From the human T2T-CHM13v2.0 reference genome, Homo sapiens: 64,000 bases of DNA. Position numbers and translations under genes: made by a program. The notes below the pieces were generated by a model, which worked only from the letters and a program-made list of their open reading frames with translations, was not told the origin of the DNA and made no database searches. Numbering within the stretch: position 1 is the first letter of the stretch; every line of letters starts with the position of its first letter. Where the stretch lies: NCBI RefSeq assembly GCF_009914755.1, contig NC_060928.1. One strand, given 5' to 3'. Positions 55,145 to 64,000 of the stretch are shown piece after piece.

Positions 55145-55702
55145 ATTTTTAAAATTGAAATGTAATTAATCTACCATAAAATACAGCATTTTGCAGTGTA
55201 CAATTCAATGACTTTTAGCATATTTACAAAGCTGTATAACTATCATCACTATCTAACTCTAGAACATTTTTATCACTCAAAAAGAAACCCTCAGTCACTC
55301 CCCATTTTCTCCTCCCCTCAACCCCTAGAAATCACTGATTTACTTTCTATGGATTTGCCTATTCTGGATATTTCATAGAAATGGAATCATAAAGTATGTG
55401 GTTTTTTATGTTTGGCTTCTTTCACTTATTATAATGTTTTTCAGATTTATCTGAGTTATAGCATGTATTCATTTCTTTATACGGCTGAATGATATAAATT
55501 ATAGGGATATAGCACTTTTTTTAAAAAAGTCCACTCATGGGTGGGAGGAGGGTGAGGATTGAAAAACTACTTATCAGGTAGTATGCTGATTACCTGGGTG
55601 ACAAAATTAACTCTACACCAAACCCCCATGACACACAATTTACCCATGTAACAAACCTGCACGTGCACCCCCTGAAAGTTGGAAAGGCAAATAAAATAAA
55701 AT
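55145..55702. mobile_element. Old L1 3' end (minus, ~55145-55530) followed by an L1PA15/16-type 3' end (plus, ~55539-55702)
   Basis: CTATGGATTTGCCTATTCTGGATATTTCATA and GGGTGGGAGGAGGGTGAGGATTGAAAAACTAC...GTAACAAACCTGCAC. Confidence 0.75.
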
Positions 55703-55757
55703 GTTTTTCATCTCTAGGAAAAAGCAAAGTCCATTCATCAGTGGATGGATATTGGTT

Positions 55758-56356
55758 TGTGTCTTAGTCTTTTTAGGCTGCTATAACAAAAGACTTTAAA
55801 CTAGATAATTTATAAACAACAGAAGTTTACTGCTCACAGTTCTGGAAGTGAGAAAGCCCAAGATCAAGGTGCCAACAGATTCAGTGTCTGGTAAGGGCCT
55901 GCTAGTCATTGATGGTGCCTTCTATGTATCCTCACGTGGTGGAAGGGGTAAACGAGCTCCTTTGGGTCTCATTTTTTTTTTTTTTTTGAGACAGAGTCTC
56001 ACTCTGTCACCCAGGCTGGAGTTCAGTGGCAAGATCTTGGCTCACTGCAACCTCCGCCTCTTGGTTCAAGCAGTTCTCCTGCCTCAGCCTCCCAAGTAGC
56101 TGGGATTACAGGTGTGCACCACCACATCTGGCTAATTTTTGTATCTTTAGTAGAAACAGGGTTTCACTATGTTGGCCAGGCTGGTCTCAAGCTCCCGGCT
56201 TTGGGCCTCTTTTGTAAGAGTACTAATTCCTTTTATGTGGGTGAAGCCCTCATGACCTAATCACCTCCCAAAGGCACCACTTCTTAATACCATCACACTG
56301 GGGATTAAGTTTCAACAGATGAATTTTGTGGAGACACAAACATTTAGACCATAGCA
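55758..56356 (-). mobile_element. MaLR LTR (MST/MLT1A type) with nested Alu
   Basis: TGTGTCTTAGTC...GCTGCTATAACAAA...GCTCACAGTTCTGGA...AAACATTTAGACCATAGCA. Confidence 0.8.
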
Positions 56357-57182
56357 GATTATTTTCATGTTTTGAAAAATAAATGTATGAGTTTATTTCT
56401 GAACTCTCAATTATATCCCACTGATTTATGTCTATTTATAAGCCTGTATGTTCTTCTTCTTGATAGTAGTTATCTACTCCTGATATTTATTTGATTATTG
56501 TCTGAACCTTCAAAAACATAAATTCTATGTTGTCTACTGCTTACTGATGTATCTCGAGAACCTAGAACAGTGTGCTTGGAATGTTGTAGGTGCTCACTAA
56601 ATACATGATAAAGTTGAATTTTGGACATATTCTTCCATTTTTAATAATTTTTAAATAGAATTTTAGAACATGCCGATTTTATTTATTTTAGTTATTCTTT
56701 GGCCAATCTTGTTATCTTTAATTTTTTTACTTTTGCTCTTTCATCAAGATTTTTTCCAAATTGTTAACCAATTTTTCTAAAATTATTTGATCATTCTTCC
56801 CTTTCACATGAATTTGTAGTATTTTCATTAGACATCACATATGAAGAAATTGTCGTATATTGGAGAGGATAGGGAGAAACTAACTGCAAAGCAGATGAAT
56901 TAGAACTTGAACTCTGGCCAAGCATGGTGGCTCACACCTGTAATCTTAGCACTTTGGGAGACTGAGACGAGAAGATAGCTTGAGCCCAGGAGTTTGAGAC
57001 CAGCTTGGGCAACAAAGCAGGATCTCCTCTCTACCAAAAAAAAAAAAAAAAAGAAAAAGAAAAAGGAGAGAGAGAAGAACTTGAACTCAGATATTCTTAT
57101 TTTTCCCACTCTGCTTTCTAGACTGTTTTGTCCCTTGGGACTATATTATTATTATGGTAGCATCTCTATATGGTAGAATTAG

Positions 57183-57681
<499 letters not shown>

Positions 57682-59367
57682 TGAAAAATTTGTCTTCCTG
57701 TATATAAATATGTGTCCTTCCATTTATTTAAGTCTCTCAATAAAGTTTTCTAAATGTTTTCATCTTGATATTAACCCATTTCTCAACAAGCTACTCGTTG
57801 GTATTTTAAAAATTGCTATTATAAAAGACATATTGGCTGGGTGTGGTGGCTCACGCTTGTAATCCTAGTACTTTGGGAGGCTGAGTAGGGTGAATTGTTT
57901 GAGCTTGGGAGTCTAAGACCAGCCTGGGCAACATGGTGAAACCCCCATCTCTACAAAAAATTCAAAAAATTAGCTGGGTGTGAGGATGCATGGCTGTAGT
58001 CCCAGCTACTTGAGAGGCTTAGATGAGAGGATCACCTGAGCCTGGGGAGGTCGAGGCCTCAGTGAGCCATGATTGTGCTACTGTGTTCCAGCCTGGGCAC
58101 AACAGAGTGAGACCCCATCTCAAAAGAAAAAAAAAAAGACAAGAAAAGAAATATTCTTTGTTATTTTTCTTAGTTTGCTGTATCTACTAGATGTTCTTTA
58201 CAAAGTGAGAAAATCATCCTCTTAAAAGCACTAATAAGGCAGGGGGTGGTGGCTCACACCTGTCTGACCTCAAGAGCTCAAGACAACCCTGAGCAACATG
58301 GTGAAATCTCATCTCCATTAAAATACAAAAAAATTAGCTGGGGTGGTGGGTGCTCCTGTCCAGCTATGCAGGACAGGAGGCTGAGTCATGAGAATTGCTA
58401 GAAACCAGGCGGCAGAGGTTGCAGTGAGCTGAGATCATGCCATTGCACTCCAGCCTGGGCAACAGAGAAAGACTCTGTCTCCAAAAAAAAAAAAAAAAAA
58501 AAAAAAACAACAAAAAATCACTAACAGATGTTTATCAGCTAATATTTATTGAAAATCCATTTTTGATATGGTTTTAAATGTAAATTTCATATTTTAAATA
58601 TTTTAAGAATCATGTATTTATGTGTAAGACAGGTATGGGAGTTTCTTTTCCCCGATGATGATTCCACATACACATTGGTAATTTAAGACTAATAGAAATT
58701 TTGTTATTCATATAATTTAATCAAAACAACTATTAAAATGCATTTAGTTCTTTATAATTTAATAAGAACAAGATGCCTTTGTTCAGAATTATAAACAGCC
58801 TGTCATAATCTGTTTTTTAAAGAAAATTTAAAAAGCATATTCTGGAAAGGCACTCAATGGCAATACAGTAAAGGAAATACTGACTTTTAGAGAGTCTGCA
58901 GCAAAGCGTGCTAATTCTATTGCAATTCCTTGGTAAGAACCATTATTGGAGATGCAATTTACCATATCTACTGTTCAATGACCCCATGAATATTGAGTAT
59001 AGGCACACAGAGATATGTTTTATGTAGCTCACAGCTGAAATGTGCATTTGTGCAACACTGTTCTTCTGTTATTTTGTTACTCTGTGCACATAGACATCCA
59101 AAAATGAATGTACAAGTATATAACATTTGTTTCTTAATTGTAAAAACTATTTTTTAGTAGAATTAAAATATGCATGTGCTAAAATTGAAACATTTCAATC
59201 AAGGTCAAACTATCTCCTCAGAATAGGTCAGACAATTTTTGCAACATCTGTGGGTCAGGCAATGGCTCTGCCCATCATTAAAAAAATAGTTTATTGTACT
59301 ATACATTAGAAAAATGCATTAAGTTAGCATACATAAGGCATTATTTTATAAATATCTTGCATTGGGT

Positions 59368-60667
59368 AGGCAACATTTCTTGAAACAATCTGAAACTTAC
59401 AGAAAAGTTGTAAATATAGTACAAAAATTACTTTTTCTTAAACGGTTTGAGAGTAAATTGCCAGCCTGATGCCCCATCAGTTCCTCATACTTCAGAGTAT
59501 ATTTTCTACAACTGGGACATTCTCCTATATAGCTAAACACTACTAAAAAAATCAGGAAAAACACTATGAAAAAAATCAATTACCATTGGTACATTACTAC
59601 CATCTAATCCTCAGACCTCATTCAAGTTTCACCAAATGTTGGAATAATATCCTTTAGAGCAAAAGGATCAATTTCAGAACCGTGTCTTAATTTTAATCAT
59701 CACGTCTCATTAGTGTCCTTCAGCCCTGTCTTAGTTCAGATGGAATGGCTTAAACAATCAACATTTATTTCTCACAATTCAGGAGGCTGAGAAATCCAAA
59801 ATCAAGGCACCCGCAGATCTGATGTCTGATGAGGACATCCTTCCTGGTTTACTGGCTGCTTTCTTGCTGTATCTTCATATGGGGTGGCGGAGGGAGAGAG
59901 ACAGAGAGAAGAAGCAAGCCTTCCTGTCTCTTTTTTATGAAGGCACGAATCTCATTCATTCAGGAGTTCACCTTCATGACTTAATTACCTCCCAAAGGTC
60001 TCACCTCCTAATAGCATCTCATTGGGAGTTAGAATTTCAACATATGAATTTGGGGAGGGCGACACAAAACATTCAGTCCATAACAAATCCAAAAACATTT
60101 CCTTAATCTTTCCATTATTTTCATGACCTTAACTCTTTTGAAAATTATAAGGCATGTTTGTATAATGTTCCTCAATTTTAGTTTGTCTGATGTTTCCTCA
60201 TAATTAGATTCAGGTTATGCATTTTTGGGAGGGGCATCACAGAAGTCATGCTACATTCATTTTATTGCAGCCTATCATGTGGAGAGCACAATTTCAATTT
60301 GTCCCATTGCTGATATTGTTTACTTTGATTACTTGATTAAGGTGGTGTCTGCCTGGCTTATCAACTCAAATTACTTTTCCCATTATAATTAATAAGGATT
60401 TTGTGGGGAAGTACTTTGGGATTATGTAAATATTCTGTTTCTCATTAAACCGTCAGTTTATTCATTTATCATTTTATATCAGTATGATTCATCATTTACT
60501 ATTAGTATGAAATCACAGCCTATTTCAACAGGCCGTAATCTATTGCTATCATTATTTATTTTGGAGCTAATATTCTCTGTGATTTTGACTGTGGGAACTT
60601 CATCAAGCATACTTTTCTGGTTCTTTTGTATACTTGTTTGTTTTACGTGTCCCCACAATTCTTTGAT
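59368..60667 (-). mobile_element. L1MC-type 3' end containing an MLT1A-type LTR (59727-60085)
   Basis: AAACTTACAGAAAAGTTGTAAA...TTTGAGAGTAAATTG...TAGATTCAGGTTATGCATTTTTGG. LTR bounded by TGTCTTAGTTC...CATTCAGTCCATAACA. Confidence 0.75.
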
Positions 60668-61159
60668 TATTGGGAAAATTCACTCCCCATATTTCACGTA
60701 GGTTCTTTTCTATTTTCCCTAAGTGTCGGCCGGTCTGAGAAATAAAGGGACAGAGTACAAAAGAGAGAAATTTTAAAGCTGGGTGTCTGGGGGAACATCA
60801 CATGTTGGCAGGTTCCGTGATGCCCCCCCAAGTCGCAAAACCAGCAAGTTTTTATTAGCGATTTTCAAAAGGGGAGGGAGTGTGTGAATAGCGTGTGGGT
60901 CACAGAGATCACATGCTTCACAAAGTAATATAATATCACAAGGCAAATGGAGGCAGGGCGAGATCACAGAACCACAGGACTGGGGCAAAATTAAAATTGC
61001 TAATGAAGTTTCGGGCACACATTGTCATTGATAACATCTTATCCGGAGACAGGGTTTGAGAGCAGACAACCAGTCTGACCAAAATTTATTAGGCGGGAAT
61101 TTCCTTGTCCTAATAAGCCTGGGAGGGCTACGACAGACCGGGGCTTATTTCATCCCACA
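60668..61159 (-). mobile_element. MER11 (HERV-K HML-8) LTR, 3' half only
   Basis: Minus strand GGGATGAAATAAGCCCCGGTC...GATAAGATGTTATCAATGACAATG...CTAATAAAAACTTGCTGG...GAAAAGAACCTACGTGAAATAT. No matching TSD found. Confidence 0.85.
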
Positions 61160-61163
61160 TTAG

Positions 61164-61397
<234 letters not shown>

Positions 61398-61404
61398 TAA
61401 TTGA

Positions 61405-62005
61405 TGACTTCCTCATATGGCTTTGGCTCTGACACCCTATGCCTGCCCCTTTCCCAATGGACTCCTCCTTACTGCACTAGGGTTCTGACTCCCATGCTGG
61501 TTCACCCCTGGAGGACACCCTCCTGACCCCACCAGGCACTGACTTTTCATCCTGAGCCTCCTCCTTTGTGGGCACCCTTCTCATCACACTTGGCGGATGA
61601 CTCCCCTTGCCAGGCTGTCCCTCAGTGGTAATGCTCTTCTCACCATACCCAGGTTATAACATCCCAGCCTGGACCCTTACACTGCAGAGACATCTGCACA
61701 TCATTGTTCTGAGGCTCTGACATCCTACTCCAGGCCATCCCCTTCAGGGAGACACCCTCTTGATACTGAGTATTACAGCCTGACCAAGATGAAAAGGGAA
61801 TTCCCAAAGAGAGGCAGTCTAGGGTGGGAGTTGGAACCTGAGCAAGGTGAGGTGTGTGTTAGGCTCTGGCAGTCAGCCTCAGTGCTGAGCTATTTCCTTG
61901 CATGGACCCTCTCCACATCTTGTGTAGGTTCTGACAGTCTATTCTGAGCTGCATGGATCCCACCCCTGTACGGACTCTTTCCTCTTGAGCTCTTACACTC
62001 TCAGC
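61405..62005. repeat. Degenerate tandem array with ~54-65 bp period (probably L1MC-internal)
   Basis: GGYTCTGAC-like anchors at 61425, 61481, 61535, 61592, 61652, 61713, 61862, 61927 and 61988, each followed by CACCC..GGACACCCTCCTCAC-like motifs. Confidence 0.7.
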
Positions 62006-62789
62006 CTCCCTTGGTGTTAAGGACTGCAACTATCTTGGAAAAAGAACTAAATGTGAGGCTTTGCTCTTTCAGATAGCAAAACTTATTATAAAGCTACAGT
62101 AAATAAGGCTGTATTGTATACAGGCAAGGGATAGCCAAATAGAATAATATAGAATGTTAAGACATGACTCCACTCACATATGGTTACTTGATATAAGACA
62201 AAGATGGTCTGCAGAGCAGCGGGGAAAGGGTGGGCTTCAATAAATGAAGTTTTCCTGTCCTCTTTAAGGAATCATTACCTTCCATAAGGTTGTGAGATAC
62301 TGTCCAGTGTTATCATCTAGAAGCTATATTGTTTACTTTTCTTATTTATGTCTCTAATTCCCCCAAAATCAAATTTTTAGGCAGCTATCCATACAAGACA
62401 AAGAAAAGAAATGTGACCTCTATGCAAAAGTCTTATATGGTTGTTGGGTACCTACTGAGAAAGAATGTTCTAAGAGGGGTTAAGGTTGAAGCTCCAGATC
62501 TCTGAAGGCCTGACTTCAGAAGTTTTAACATTCACTTGATCCAGGGCTGCCCACCTGTGAAGAAGATTGAGGTGGAATAAGAGCAAAACCTCAAGTGGGG
62601 CCATTTTTGCTTCAGAATGAAATAGAAAAAGTTAGTTTCTTGGCCAACAGAAACATATTATGAACAATCCAAGTGAGATTTTGGAAGCAAAATTTCAAGA
62701 AAAAGAACTTTTGGCTCTGCCTCTTAAGGAAGGTAGATGCTGTCACAACATTATCACAGAATGGGTCTAGTCCGTGAGGCCCATACTAG

Positions 62790-63102
<313 letters not shown>

Positions 63103-63381
63103 TAAGCCATTTTCCTGCCTTGGCCTCCCAAAGTGCTGGGATTACAGGGATGAGCCACCATGCCCAGCCGGAAATGGGACTTTTGGGAAACTACTATTCT
63201 CTCAGTGGGGCCTTAACAGCAAATAGTGAAAATGCTTTAGGCATTTTAGCTGATGCAAATTCAAGTTTAAGGCGTTATTGAGAAGCTAAAAAACCAAACC
63301 AAAAGGAATATAGGCTACATTTAGATATGTATATTTTATTCATTTATTGATGTATTTATTCTATAAATATTTATCAATTGT

Positions 63382-63784
63382 TGTAGCAAAGACTGGCTAG
63401 ATGTTGATCAAACCAATTTTGTTTTATTCCTAAGGCCACAGCTGAACTACATTTTCTAGCAATCCTCAGAATAAGATGTGGTCATTGACTGAATTCTGGA
63501 CAATGGAATGGAGTAGAGTGAAATACATCACTCCTAGGTTTGGCCTGTCAAATCTCATGCACAATTCTGTACATTCATGTGCCAGCCTCTCCTCGGGTGG
63601 GGACTCCAAGCACTTTGGAGTTGGTGGAGCCACAAGATGGATCTGAGATCTTTGCTAAGGTAGGGTTTCCCTGGCTGGCCTATAGCTGACTGTGACATAA
63701 GAGAGAAATAAATTTTGATTTTCTTAAGCTCCCAAAAGTTTTGAGATTGTTTGTTACAGCCATGAGTCTTCCCTGATTAATACA
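63382..63784 (+). mobile_element. Old MaLR LTR (MLT1J-like)
   Basis: TGTAGCAAAGACTGG...GATGTGGTCATTGACTGAATTCTGG...GAGAAATAAA...TTGTTTGTTACAGC...TGATTAATACA. Confidence 0.7.
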
Positions 63785-64000
63785 AATGCAATGTCTATTC
63801 TGTGCCAGCCTTATTCTGGGTACTAGGGATGCAACAGGAAACAAATAAGAGACATGATTCCTCCTCTCACAGGAGATACCTTATAAAAGGGGTGGCACAC
63901 AATAAACAGTGACAACTTACATTTGCATGGTGCTTTACTGTTTACACAGTGCTTTCATGGGCACCAACTCATTTAATTTTTTTTTTTTTTTTGAGTTGGA

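Noticed and set aside
58822-58932. Plus-strand AG...GTAAGA-bounded segment
   Set aside because: Weak acceptor and no recognisable product or partner exon.
61405-62005. Repeat-spacer periodicity reminiscent of a CRISPR array
   Set aside because: Human DNA, whole units are mutually homologous and degenerate, no unique spacers or cas genes; best explained as an old L1-internal tandem repeat.

Overview
Human genomic DNA. It is recognisable as the 5' end of EIF4E (minus strand) plus about 57 kb of upstream intergenic sequence; from recall this is 4q23, running towards METAP1, which is not reached. The only confident protein-coding pieces are EIF4E exon 1 (MATVEP, 6050-6067) and an alternative first exon (5850-5927), both in a CpG-island promoter with two E-boxes, a CCAAT box and the C7 basal element. 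The rest is repeat-dense: about 65-70 Alu copies or fragments counted by eye (one AluYb8), a decayed ~10.8 kb two-LTR ERV1 provirus with tRNA-Leu PBS, PPT and env TM remnant, solo LTRs, L1 pieces and DNA transposons. There are processed pseudogenes of FAM177A1 and NDUFS5, a U7 retrocopy and a TSD-flanked 35-nt U2 fragment. The most interesting unexplained signal is a chain of splice-site-bounded, phase-compatible exon-like segments on the minus strand in repeat-poor islands (45.9-48.1 kb, 59.0 kb), possibly a decayed or unannotated gene. Also notable are a FAM177A1 retrocopy lacking an internal block, a ~155 bp local templated duplication and an inversion in a degenerate tandem array. Repeat subfamily names and pseudogene numbers come from recall and were not checked by search.
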